A stretch of 64,000 nucleotides of DNA from Alphaproteobacteria bacterium (GCA_017463185.1 JAFTPS010000014.1:154546-218545), one strand, 5' to 3'; positions 7,993 to 16,803 are shown, counted from the stretch's first letter. A program made the numbers and translations. The notes: generated by a model from the sequence alone, not told the origin.

Positions 7993-9327
7993 TTAGTTCA
8001 GTTTACCAACAACTATTGCTGGCACTGCATTTGCCGTTGGGATACGAACAAATACAATTGCATTTTCAATACCTTCTGGGATAACAACTTCTAAGCCATC
8101 ATTGATAAATAATTTTCTATCAACAGGCATATTGACACGTGCCGTTTGAATTTCTGTTGGTATAGAATCCCAAGATCTTAAATCCCACGGTTTCTTTACA
8201 CTCATAACCCCGGTTACTGCCGCCGCTGTTGCTGCTGCCCTAAACGGAGTATCCTTAGCCGCTTCATTTGCTGCATATCCTGCTGCAGTTGCGGCGGCAA
8301 TTTTTCCAATTTCAAACGCTACTGAACTTATAATATTACGTGTCTTATATTTGTTATAATCAGTTTTAACAACAGAATCAACATTTACTAATTGTTGTGT
8401 TGTAACCGTTGTATCGCCAGATTTAACACTTATTGTTTCTAATGCTTTGGTTCCTGGGAATACATCAGGGATAGTCAGTTCAATACCCGCTTCAACCCCT
8501 AATGCTGACAATGGTTGTGTCAAAGGTTTCAAAACATCTGGTACCAATGAACGTTTTTGCAATTGTCCAACCATACCGTTTTCAAAAACAACATAAACAC
8601 TTCCTTTTTTCAAACCAGCAACATCTGATTTAACAAAAGTATTTTTTGGTGCAAATTTTGCAACTCTGCTCATACCATTGTTCGCATTACTATAATCACC
8701 GCTGGCACCATCATACAACGCCATCAACCAAGTAGTATATGGATTTGCATAATCTTTCATTGCGGTAATATCATCATCCAAAGACGATACATCTTTACTA
8801 ATGGAATCAGTAATAGAATCCAAACTTGGCACATTGATACCAAATTCTTTTAATATTTTTTGATCTTCTTTAAATTTCTCTTGTTCTTTTGCAATTTCAT
8901 CACTATTTTCGCTTATATTTTCTTTTTGTAAATCATATACCTGATTAAACACTTGCTTTGCATAAGAATCATCATTTGCAATCAGTCCAATTCCTTCATA
9001 AGTCTTGAACATAATCTTTTCATAACTTTTGATTTTATATGATGAATCTTCATCGGTTTCACCCTTTAATATAGAATTTACCGGTGAAAAACATGTTTCA
9101 AGTCCTTCTGCATTATTTGCCCATAAATATGCATTACCACACTGCAATCCACCCAAATAAACATTATTCGGTTCTTGATTTAATACAGTTGCCTTAGCCA
9201 TCTTTTCTGCTGCAACTTCGTAATTACCATTTGAAAAATCCTCGCGATATTGTTTGGAAATTTCTGCGTAATTACCATTACAGGCCGCCAATACCAGACA
9301 TCCTGTCAATAAAGTTATTTTTTTCAT
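7993..9327 (-). CDS. Lipoprotein, first gene of the four-gene envelope operon
   Basis: Start taken at MKKITLLTGCLVLAAC (lipobox LAAC). Ala/Thr-rich C-terminus. Immediately preceded by leader copy 2. Confidence 0.45.
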   Translation of the reverse strand: MKKITLLTGCLVLAACNGNYAEISKQYREDFSNGNYEVAAEKMAKATVLNQEPNNVYLGGLQCGNAYLWANNAEGLETCFSPVNSILKGETDEDSSYKIKSYEKIMFKTYEGIGLIANDDSYAKQVFNQVYDLQKENISENSDEIAKEQEKFKEDQKILKEFGINVPSLDSITDSISKDVSSLDDDITAMKDYANPYTTWLMALYDGASGDYSNANNGMSRVAKFAPKNTFVKSDVAGLKKGSVYVVFENGMVGQLQKRSLVPDVLKPLTQPLSALGVEAGIELTIPDVFPGTKALETISVKSGDTTVTTQQLVNVDSVVKTDYNKYKTRNIISSVAFEIGKIAAATAAGYAANEAAKDTPFRAAATAAAVTGVMSVKKPWDLRSWDSIPTEIQTARVNMPVDRKLFINDGLEVVIPEGIENAIVFVRIPTANAVPAIVVGKLN

Positions 9328-9595
9328 TGCACATCCCTTTGTTAAAAAATAAACCGTCAATGGAATTTGACGGTCGGGGAGTTAGCAAATCATATATGTC
9401 AATGATTCTGTCGCTTTTAGGTTTCCCCTGTTGTATAACGAACAGCCCCCCGACTGATTTACAGTCAGGGATAAATAACGACACAAAACCACAGGAATGA
9501 CATCGGATAACGATGCCATACGCAATTTTGCACCGGACATATAAAGGCTTGCTACAGCCCCGAACCCAATTCCCATTGGATTCATTTCCTAGTTT
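9328..9595 (-). promoter_or_regulatory. Conserved structured 5' leader, copy 2
   Basis: RNA orientation: GGGUUCGGGG...CCCUGAC..CAGUCGGGGGGCUGUUCGUUAUACAACAGG...UAUGAUUU...CCCCGACCGUCAAAUUCCAUUGACGGUUUAUUUUUU-AACAAAGGG-N8-AUG. Terminator-like hairpin plus U-tract. GUCGGGG is complementary to CCCCGAC. Confidence 0.55.
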
Positions 9596-9620
9596 AACAT
9601 AAAATATATAAAAAAGGCAA

Positions 9621-9650
9621 AAACAAAAAACGCCGCCAATCGGCGGGTTT
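9621..9650. terminator. Intrinsic terminator (cgccgccaatcggcggg flanked by A- and T-runs)
   Basis: GC stem-loop with a poly-A upstream and poly-T downstream. Lies downstream of rpmJ on the minus strand. Confidence 0.5.
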
Positions 9651-9785
9651 TTATTTTTTCTTGAATCCCTGTTTCGCTTTGAATTTTGGATTATCAGGGT
9701 CAATCAAGATAACTTGCTTTCCACGACGGATTTGTTTAACATTACCGCGTTTCTTCCAAGCCTTTAAGGAACTTAAAAATTTCAT
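9651..9785 (-). CDS. rpmJ: 50S ribosomal protein bL36 (type B, non-zinc form)
   Basis: A 44-aa ORF absent from the ORF track (below the size cutoff): MKFLSSLKAWKKRGNVKQIRRGKQVILIDPDNPKFKAKQGFKKK. This closely matches the YkgO/bL36 type-B pattern MKV.SSLK..K.R....IV.R.G...VI.K.NPRFKA.QG. It sits between the leader and a terminator. Confidence 0.8.
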   Translation of the reverse strand: MKFLSSLKAWKKRGNVKQIRRGKQVILIDPDNPKFKAKQGFKKK

Positions 9786-10039
9786 GTCGTTATCCTTTTT
9801 ACAGTGGCGATTATAAACATATTTTTTGAAAAATCAAATAATAATATTATTTATTGTTGTTTTAGTAGGGGCTGTTGAAATTGTTGATTTTAGAGTTTTT
9901 AGATTTTTTTAACCGTTTTTCAACAAAAAAATCCCAGGTTTATGGGGTGTTTATGCATTGTTGTTAAAAAATGCCCCTGTTTAATCAACAGTTGAAAAAT
10001 ATGCTGTTTTTAACACTTTTAACAAAAAGTTGGCTTGAC

Positions 10040-10080
10040 CTTTTTATGCTTGTTGAAAAATGTTGAAATTGTTATAATTC
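10040..10080 (+). promoter_or_regulatory. Putative promoter with extended -10 (TGtTATAAT) for virB3-virB4, embedded in TGTTGAAA iterons
   Basis: tgtTATAATtc at 10070-10080. The motif TGTTGAAA recurs four times on the + strand and once inverted within 9870-10070. Confidence 0.4.
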
Positions 10081-10101
10081 AAATACCGCGGGAGGGAATT
10101 T

Positions 10102-10398
10102 ATGAAACAGCAGGTTTTGAAAGCATTGGCAAATCCGGCGCACATATTTTATGTGCCATATAATTTAGCTGTGCTGAATTTTATATCGCTGTTCATTATT
10201 TTTGCGATTATTTTTATAACAGCGATGGTTGTAACGCGTGGAAAGATGGCGATAAATCCACTGTATTTCTTGGTTGTTGTGATAATAACACATTCAATAA
10301 TTGCAATTTTTTCTAAGCGGGACCCACAACTGGGCCAAATTGTAACGGCAAAAATTCAGTTGATGAAACGTAAAATACCCAGAAAATTGGCGGCATAA
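10102..10398 (+). CDS. virB3: Type IV secretion system protein VirB3-like
   Basis: 98 aa with two TM segments. Size, topology and position directly upstream of virB4 support the call. RBS ggaggg lies 8 nt upstream. Confidence 0.6.
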   Translation: MKQQVLKALANPAHIFYVPYNLAVLNFISLFIIFAIIFITAMVVTRGKMAINPLYFLVVVIITHSIIAIFSKRDPQLGQIVTAKIQLMKRKIPRKLAA

Positions 10399-10401
10399 GA
10401 T

Positions 10402-12828
10402 ATGAACACTATAAACGGATTTTTTGATTACTTTGCGGGCAGTGGATTTCCAATCACTTTGACTATTTTGGTGATGGTTGTTTTGTTTGTTTTTATTGTT
10501 TTAATGATGTTTGTACCAACTTTGACGCGTCGTATATTTCCGCATTTTGGATATGCCAAGTACTCAAATTACCTGCCGTTTGGAACGGTTTATAATGATA
10601 ATTCTATGTCATTGACCGATGGTGGATTGGTGCGCGCATACCGCGTGGCTGGTGTTCAAACCAGTATGCAGGATGACGCAACCAAAGAAAAATTTTTAGA
10701 ATTACGGGCGCAGTTATTTAATCAGATACGCGACCCGAATGTTGTTTTGCGTTTTTATATGGTGCGGGACGCGGCCGACGAAAATACGGATTATGAATTT
10801 GATCAACCGACTTTGCAAAGTATTTATAATAAATGGCGTGGCCAGGGATTAAAAATTTTCTTGAACAGTTATTATATAACCATATCTGTTTATGGACCAA
10901 ACGCGCGCGAAAGGTTAAATCAATATGGTAATTACATAGAATCAATATTAGCGGCGTATCGTCCACAAGTTTTACGTAATGACAGTTCTGATAATATGGC
11001 ACGATTTTTTGGTCGTATATTATCCCCTATTTCAAAGCCTGCACCTATGCGTGCTGATAATAATATCGCAAATCTGACAACGGTTGATGATATTGAATTT
11101 TTGCGTGATGGTATTGTACGTTATATCAGTGGTGGCAATCAATCCTTTGCAGCGTGTGTTTCTTTCAAGATATCACCGGATTATTTGGACGAAGAATTCT
11201 TTGATACTGTATCAACCATCCAGACAGAAATGATTTCTATGAATGGTTTTCGTATTATGGGTAATGCTGATATAGAAAGTACTATCCGTCAACGCCGCAG
11301 TACGGCTGATGAAAACACAACATCAACCGAGGAACAAATATCATCAGCCCAAAGTGCAATGGATGAAAATATATCTGGTAATCAAAGTCTGATAAATTAT
11401 TATCCTTTATTTGTAATATTTGGTGCAACCCGCGAAGATTTACAAAAATCAGTTGCAGAATTTAAAAAAATAGCCGCACAATTTGGTATTTCACCTATTG
11501 TTGAAACATTTGCATCCCAGGTTTCTTGGTTTGCACAAATTCCGGGATTTGATACATTTCCGCGCAGTTTTAAATTATTATCCCGCGCGGCGGCGATTTC
11601 AATTCCTATGTCAACCCAGCCACGTGGTGTTGAAAATTCTGATTGGGGGCCTGGCCCATTGGTTGTTTTTCCAACCGCCCAGGGAACACCGTACCAGTTC
11701 CAATTCCACGTATCGGACAAGCCTGCCGCCGTGGCACATACACTTACAATTGGTCCAACCGGTGGTGGTAAAACAACCTTGTTCAGTTTTCTGATAGCGC
11801 AATCTTTACGTCATCCAAAACTAAAAGCGTTTTTCTTTGATCGTAACAAAGGTGCGGAAATATTCACATTGGCAGTTGGTGGAAAATATATCACTATGCA
11901 GGGCAAAGAAAAAAATACAGACCCCATGGCACAAAATTTCCTGACGCGTTTAAACCCACTTAAAATGCCAGATACTGCGGCAAATCGCGCATTTTTACGT
12001 CGCTGGTTTGCGATTATATCGGGCCAGAATGATGCGGCATCGGCCGATGAAATCGCACGCGCGGTATCTGTGAATTTTGATTATTTGTCCGACCAGGATA
12101 AATTGTTAAAAAATTTATGGGAAAGTTGTTTTTCTTCATCTGGTAATATGCGCCCTGCCCTGAAAAAATGGATTGACCCGTTGCAGTACGGTGATATGTT
12201 TAATGATACATCTGATACATTAGATTTACAGGCGCGTCTTACAACATTTGATTTTACCGATATTTTACAAGATGAAACATTGGCCCCGGCGGTAATATCG
12301 TATATATTGCACAGAATAAATAATATCACTGTATCGGGTGGTAATCCTTCGTTGATTATGATTGACGAAACCGCTCCTATGTTGGAAAACAAAATGTTCC
12401 GTGACAGTTTTATAGCCGGCCTGCAAGAGGGGCGTAAAAATCGCCAGGCATACATGGCTGCATTCCAGCGCGCAAATGTTCTGGATAAGTTAGGAATTGG
12501 TGATGTGGTTCGTGGCCAAGCCCAGACAGTCTTGTTTTTCCGCAACCCAGCGGCAGACAGCAACGATTATGCACATTGGAATTTAAATCCATTAGAAATG
12601 GCGTTTATCCAAGGCAAGGCTTATCCTAACTTAAAACGTGCTTTGTTATTATCACGTCCTGTCACAGGTGAATCTGTGATTTTAAACACAGAATTGGGTG
12701 GATTGGGCAATTTATTGCGTTTATTTGAATCTGGGCGTTCGTCTGTATTACTGGCCGAAGAATTATATAAAATGTACGGCAATAATTTTGTAAATGAATA
12801 TCTAAAAAAACAGGGCGCGGCCGAGTAA
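10402..12828 (+). CDS. virB4: Type IV secretion ATPase VirB4/CagE/TrbE family
   Basis: 808 aa with N-terminal TM helices, Walker A GPTGGGKTT and Walker B IMIDETAPML. Overall architecture matches VirB4. Confidence 0.85.
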   Translation: MNTINGFFDYFAGSGFPITLTILVMVVLFVFIVLMMFVPTLTRRIFPHFGYAKYSNYLPFGTVYNDNSMSLTDGGLVRAYRVAGVQTSMQDDATKEKFLELRAQLFNQIRDPNVVLRFYMVRDAADENTDYEFDQPTLQSIYNKWRGQGLKIFLNSYYITISVYGPNARERLNQYGNYIESILAAYRPQVLRNDSSDNMARFFGRILSPISKPAPMRADNNIANLTTVDDIEFLRDGIVRYISGGNQSFAACVSFKISPDYLDEEFFDTVSTIQTEMISMNGFRIMGNADIESTIRQRRSTADENTTSTEEQISSAQSAMDENISGNQSLINYYPLFVIFGATREDLQKSVAEFKKIAAQFGISPIVETFASQVSWFAQIPGFDTFPRSFKLLSRAAAISIPMSTQPRGVENSDWGPGPLVVFPTAQGTPYQFQFHVSDKPAAVAHTLTIGPTGGGKTTLFSFLIAQSLRHPKLKAFFFDRNKGAEIFTLAVGGKYITMQGKEKNTDPMAQNFLTRLNPLKMPDTAANRAFLRRWFAIISGQNDAASADEIARAVSVNFDYLSDQDKLLKNLWESCFSSSGNMRPALKKWIDPLQYGDMFNDTSDTLDLQARLTTFDFTDILQDETLAPAVISYILHRINNITVSGGNPSLIMIDETAPMLENKMFRDSFIAGLQEGRKNRQAYMAAFQRANVLDKLGIGDVVRGQAQTVLFFRNPAADSNDYAHWNLNPLEMAFIQGKAYPNLKRALLLSRPVTGESVILNTELGGLGNLLRLFESGRSSVLLAEELYKMYGNNFVNEYLKKQGAAE

Positions 12829-12832
12829 ATCC

Positions 12833-13441
12833 TTGAAAAAAATAATTGCTATTTTTTGTACTTTGTTTTGTTGCCGGGCAATTGCCAATGATTGTCTGGC
12901 GTACAAATTAAATCCGCGAATTTTTATTGATAGCCCCGATTGGCAACGGCGCGTGGTACAACCCCTGGCACCAATGGATTTGTGGCACGGAAATGTGGTT
13001 GCAACATTGGTTGATAATTATGATATTATTGCCAACAGTACACCGGTTGAAAATGGTTTTTGTGTTGCGCTTAAAACGGTAAATGCAACCGTCGGATACA
13101 GTGATTTTTTAGTAAAAATAGATATGAGACACGCACCGGAATCGTGTTCTTATAATGCGGTTTTATCACACGAAGATGCACATATTCGGACATATCTGAA
13201 TGTTATAAATGATTTTAAGGGTGAATTGCAAAAATCTGTATTTTCCGCGGCTGATTCTATAATGCCTATATTTGTCCGTAATAAATCAGATTTAGATGCG
13301 GCAATTGATATGATGAATAATGAATTGCAATCACATCCAGATTTAATTTTAATAAAACAAAAAATTCACGCGGCTCAGGAAATTCGTAATAAACGTCTGG
13401 ATATGAATGATGATGGCGCAGAACTTAAAAAGTGTATCTAA
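12833..13441 (+). CDS. Secreted protein of unknown function, translationally coupled to virB4 (possible T4SS periplasmic component)
   Basis: TTG start 4 nt after the virB4 stop. Signal peptide MKKIIAIFCTLFCCRAIA. 202 aa with no recognisable catalytic motifs. Confidence 0.4.
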   Translation: MKKIIAIFCTLFCCRAIANDCLAYKLNPRIFIDSPDWQRRVVQPLAPMDLWHGNVVATLVDNYDIIANSTPVENGFCVALKTVNATVGYSDFLVKIDMRHAPESCSYNAVLSHEDAHIRTYLNVINDFKGELQKSVFSAADSIMPIFVRNKSDLDAAIDMMNNELQSHPDLILIKQKIHAAQEIRNKRLDMNDDGAELKKCI

Positions 13442-14042
13442 TTCCAATTTTTAATTCACTTACTTGTCTAAAAAAATCGTGTCGTACTGGCGCATACATA
13501 AACATAGTTCGTATCGCGGCTTGCTTATTTATATTATAAATCGCACCAATTCCAATTCGTGGTGCGGCACGATGGGTTGATACGGTTGTATCAATTCCAT
13601 CATATACACCGTTTTCCATTTCGCGATAATATGCATCTGTTTCAAAAATAAAGTTTGCAACACCAACAGATATTATGGCTTCCAGCCCGCGAAAGATATT
13701 ATAATATGTCTGAATATTCGCACCATAAATTTGATAACTTATTTGTGTTTTTAATTCCAGCCAATTGTATTCGTTGGTATAGCGGCTTTTTTCTGTATTT
13801 GTATCAAACGAATACCCATAAAAAATTTCCGCACCAAAACATTTGTTAAATCGTGCACCTGCATTGACTGTCACCGCGCCATATTTATCAGATATGTGAA
13901 CTGGATTTTCATTATAATCAACAAAAGCCAAACTTAAATCCACACCTACATATGGTTTAAAAGATTCTACTAATGGTTGTCGTATATTGGCATAACTTGA
14001 CACAGGTAATATAATAAAAAGTAAAAATAAAATGCGTATCAT
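13425..14042 (-). CDS. Small outer-membrane beta-barrel protein (OmpW/Omp25/OmpA-like 8-strand barrel)
   Basis: Signal peptide, alternating hydrophobic strands, and a C-terminal IGIRYTF. Confidence 0.55.
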   Translation of the reverse strand: MIRILFLLFIILPVSSYANIRQPLVESFKPYVGVDLSLAFVDYNENPVHISDKYGAVTVNAGARFNKCFGAEIFYGYSFDTNTEKSRYTNEYNWLELKTQISYQIYGANIQTYYNIFRGLEAIISVGVANFIFETDAYYREMENGVYDGIDTTVSTHRAAPRIGIGAIYNINKQAAIRTMFMYAPVRHDFFRQVSELKIGIRYTF

Positions 14043-14092
14043 ATATGATATTTTATAATTAAATTACACATATGAACATACGAATGTATTCA

Positions 14093-14773
14093 TTAAAAAT
14101 CGTTTTTGAATGCTTCTATCATAGCATTATTCACTTCTTCGCCAGATAAACCCGCCTGGCGCAGAAATAAAATTTGTGCATCATTTGGTCTGTAAATACT
14201 TGCACTGTGTTCCGCCGATATTGGTTCGGCACTGATACGTTGTGATGGCATAAATTCAATTTTTGCGTTTTGTTCGGCCAAAGCACTGAACCCAATATCT
14301 GACTCACACCCATCACATCCATTATCAATAATCGCAGTACCCGATAATTTAGATTTTGAATTTTCCCGGCCAAATAACTTAGTTTTTACAAAAATGCCGG
14401 TGTTTTTTTCCGTGTGATGTGCTGTACAGTCATATTCAAATTCGTTTTCATTTGTTATCATAACTTGACCGTAAATTTCAGAATTTTTTCCGGCGTTTTT
14501 AATAAAAATGTTTAAAAAAGCCGGCTTTTTTATTTTTATGTCTGCGCTAAAAAAAACTTTCTGGTTTTTAACCAATACGTCAATATTTAACCGGTTTTTC
14601 CCGGTGATTTCGCCAATGTATATAATATGTACTGGTAAATCATAATTTTTATCAATGGGCGCATTTTCCAATGTTGATAAATCGGCCATATATATACCAT
14701 CACGGAAAACAATTGTTTCCGCCGGAAAGGTTTTTATATTGAATTCATTCCACAGGTATGACATATTAAACAC
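14093..14773 (-). CDS. SufD/SufB-family protein (short, stand-alone)
   Basis: The C-terminus ...SAEHSASIYRPNDAQILFLRQAGLSGEEVNNAMIEAF matches the SufB/D C-terminal signature (HgAt.G.ld.eqLFYL.sRGi.eeA...gF). At 226 aa it is about half the length of canonical SufD. No sufB/sufC is adjacent. Confidence 0.55.
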   Translation of the reverse strand: MFNMSYLWNEFNIKTFPAETIVFRDGIYMADLSTLENAPIDKNYDLPVHIIYIGEITGKNRLNIDVLVKNQKVFFSADIKIKKPAFLNIFIKNAGKNSEIYGQVMITNENEFEYDCTAHHTEKNTGIFVKTKLFGRENSKSKLSGTAIIDNGCDGCESDIGFSALAEQNAKIEFMPSQRISAEPISAEHSASIYRPNDAQILFLRQAGLSGEEVNNAMIEAFKNDF

Positions 14774-14791
14774 ATTATAAAGGATTTAATT

Positions 14792-15871
14792 ATGGGATTC
14801 AATTGTGGAATTGTGGGCCTGCCAAATGTTGGCAAATCCACATTATTTAATGCTTTGACACAAAGTGCTGCGGCGGATGCACAAAATTATCCGTTTTGTA
14901 CCATTGAACCAAATACTGGACGTGTTGTTGTACCGGATGCAACATTACATGAACTTGCGCGTGTAGCTGGTTCCCAGAAAATAATTCCAACACAATTAGA
15001 AATTGTGGATATAGCCGGGCTGGTAAAAGGCGCATCCGCAGGCGAGGGATTGGGTAATAAATTTTTGGGAAATATCCTGTCAACAGATGCAATAATTCAC
15101 GTTGTTCGTTGTTTTGAAAATGATGATATTGTCCACGTAAACGGGCGTATAGACCCATTATCAGACATTGAAACTATTGAAACAGAATTGATGTTAGCGG
15201 ACCTGGAAAGCATAGATAAACAAATAAAAAACTTGGAAAAAAAGGCCCGTGGTCTGGATAAAGATGCTATAAAATTATTAGCCGATGCGAATGTAATAAA
15301 AACTAACCTTGAAAAATCAATTCCGGCACGCAATGGCGATGTTGATGCATCTCCATTTAATCTGTTGACATCAAAACCGGTTATTTATGTTTGTAATGTG
15401 GAAGAATCCGCAGCCGCCACCGGTAATAAATATTCCGATATTGTAAAACAAAAATTTGGCAATACGGCGGATGTCTTGGTTATTTCATCAAAAATAGAAA
15501 TGGAAATTTCACAAATTGTTGACCCAGACGAACGTAAAATGTTTCTTGATGATTTGGGGTTGTCTGAATCTGGTCTGGACCAGGTAATAAAAACAGGATA
15601 TAAAACATTGGGCCTGCAAACATATTATACCATAGGACCCAAGGAAGCACACGCCTGGACTATCACAGTCGGTATGACAGCACCACAGGCTGCTGGTAAA
15701 ATTCACACTGATTTTGAACGTGGATTTATCCGTGCCGAAGTTATCAGCCCCGACGATTTTATATCCTTGGGTGGTGAAGTAGCGGTTAAAGAGGCCGGCA
15801 AAATGCGCTTGGTTGGTCGTGATTATATAATGCAACCCGGTGACATTTGCCATTTTTTGTTTAATACATAA
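14792..15871 (+). CDS. ychF: Ribosome-binding ATPase YchF (Obg-family GTPase)
   Basis: MGFNCGIVGLPNVGKSTLFNAL G1 motif. C-terminal TGS domain. 359 aa. Confidence 0.9.
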   Translation: MGFNCGIVGLPNVGKSTLFNALTQSAAADAQNYPFCTIEPNTGRVVVPDATLHELARVAGSQKIIPTQLEIVDIAGLVKGASAGEGLGNKFLGNILSTDAIIHVVRCFENDDIVHVNGRIDPLSDIETIETELMLADLESIDKQIKNLEKKARGLDKDAIKLLADANVIKTNLEKSIPARNGDVDASPFNLLTSKPVIYVCNVEESAAATGNKYSDIVKQKFGNTADVLVISSKIEMEISQIVDPDERKMFLDDLGLSESGLDQVIKTGYKTLGLQTYYTIGPKEAHAWTITVGMTAPQAAGKIHTDFERGFIRAEVISPDDFISLGGEVAVKEAGKMRLVGRDYIMQPGDICHFLFNT

Positions 15872-15882
15872 ATAAAAATGTT

Positions 15883-15914
15883 AAAAAAACACCGGTAATT
15901 GCCGGTGTTTTTGT
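15883..15914. terminator. Bidirectional intrinsic terminator (caccggtaattgccggtg)
   Basis: Perfect palindrome flanked by A- and T-runs, between the convergent ychF and OMP genes. Confidence 0.55.
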
Positions 15915-16492
15915 TAGAAACGATAACCAATACTGGTTGTTATGGCAAAACCAGATGTATCAACTGTATATTCATAACCGTTTACATCAGTTTCAAAATT
16001 CATAATTTGATATTCTAATCCACCCTTTATAGACAGATTATCATTGAAATTATATTTCACACCGGCGCCAATGCCATAGGCAACGGCTGTATCATCAAAG
16101 CTTAAACTTCCGTCATCATATTCCATATTTGCAAATCCTAATTCTGCTGAAATGTATGGTTGTGTTTTTCCGTCCAAGAATGGAACAATAGCTCTTAAAC
16201 TAACACCAAATATTTCTTCCGTTTCTGTTTCTGAAAATTCTGGTGCAATACCAATTTGAATACCGTCAAAATCAATGCCGACATATGCAGAACCATTACC
16301 GTTAAAAGCAGAAGAATCTGCTTCTGTAATTTTTGTTCCGTCTAATTCATATTCCGCAGATGTGTTTGAATACAAACTGATTCCATATTCAATAAAAAAT
16401 CGTGGGTTTAATTTATTTTGTTGAACACTTTCTTCTGCAAAAGAAGTCACCGGCAACAAAGCCAATGCGGCAATTATTGAAATTTTTTTCAT
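15914..16492 (-). CDS. Small outer-membrane beta-barrel protein (Omp25/OmpW-like)
   Basis: Signal peptide MKKISIIAALALLPVTSFA and a C-terminal ...TTSIGYRF. Preceded by leader copy 3. Confidence 0.6.
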   Translation of the reverse strand: MKKISIIAALALLPVTSFAEESVQQNKLNPRFFIEYGISLYSNTSAEYELDGTKITEADSSAFNGNGSAYVGIDFDGIQIGIAPEFSETETEEIFGVSLRAIVPFLDGKTQPYISAELGFANMEYDDGSLSFDDTAVAYGIGAGVKYNFNDNLSIKGGLEYQIMNFETDVNGYEYTVDTSGFAITTSIGYRF

Positions 16493-16715
16493 ATTTTCTC
16501 CCTTTGGTTAAAATTTAAACCGTCAGAAATGACGGTCGGGGTGGTTGATAAATCATAGTTTAGGAAATGACTCTGTTGTCTTTGGGAAAATCCCTGTTAT
16601 ATAACAAACAGCCCCCCGACCGTTATAGGTCAGGGATATTTCAGTGTGTAATAAACACTGCCTAAACTATTGGGTTATCACACCCCGAACCCACATCCCT
16701 GCAGGTTCATTAAAA
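16493..16715 (-). promoter_or_regulatory. Conserved structured 5' leader, copy 3
   Basis: RNA orientation: GGGUUCGGGG...CCCUGACC..GGUCGGGGGGCUGUUUGUUAUAUAACAGG..UAUGAUUU..CCCCGACCGUCAUUUCUGACGGUUUAAAUUUU-AACCAAAGGGAG-N4-AUG. Confidence 0.5.
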
Positions 16716-16803
16716 AGTATATATTAAATATCACTACTTTTCAACCCAAAGCAAAAATATATAAATAATTCATATAAATTAAAATTTCTCAGGAACACAA
16801 TAG

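Noticed and set aside
9278-9703. 141-aa ORF on the minus strand
   Set aside because: It spans the structured leader and a terminator, reads through the GC hairpins, and overlaps the genuine 44-aa rpmJ in another frame. It is a spurious long ORF created by the low stop-codon frequency of the repeat.
9870-10080. TGTTGAAA repeat array considered as a CRISPR-like array
   Set aside because: The repeats are only 8 bp with irregular 10-110-bp spacing, and one is inverted. This is not a CRISPR architecture; it is interpreted as operator sites or iterons.
14131-14373. 80-aa same-strand internal ORF within the SufD-like gene
   Set aside because: Alternative frame inside a gene with a clear family signature in the main frame.
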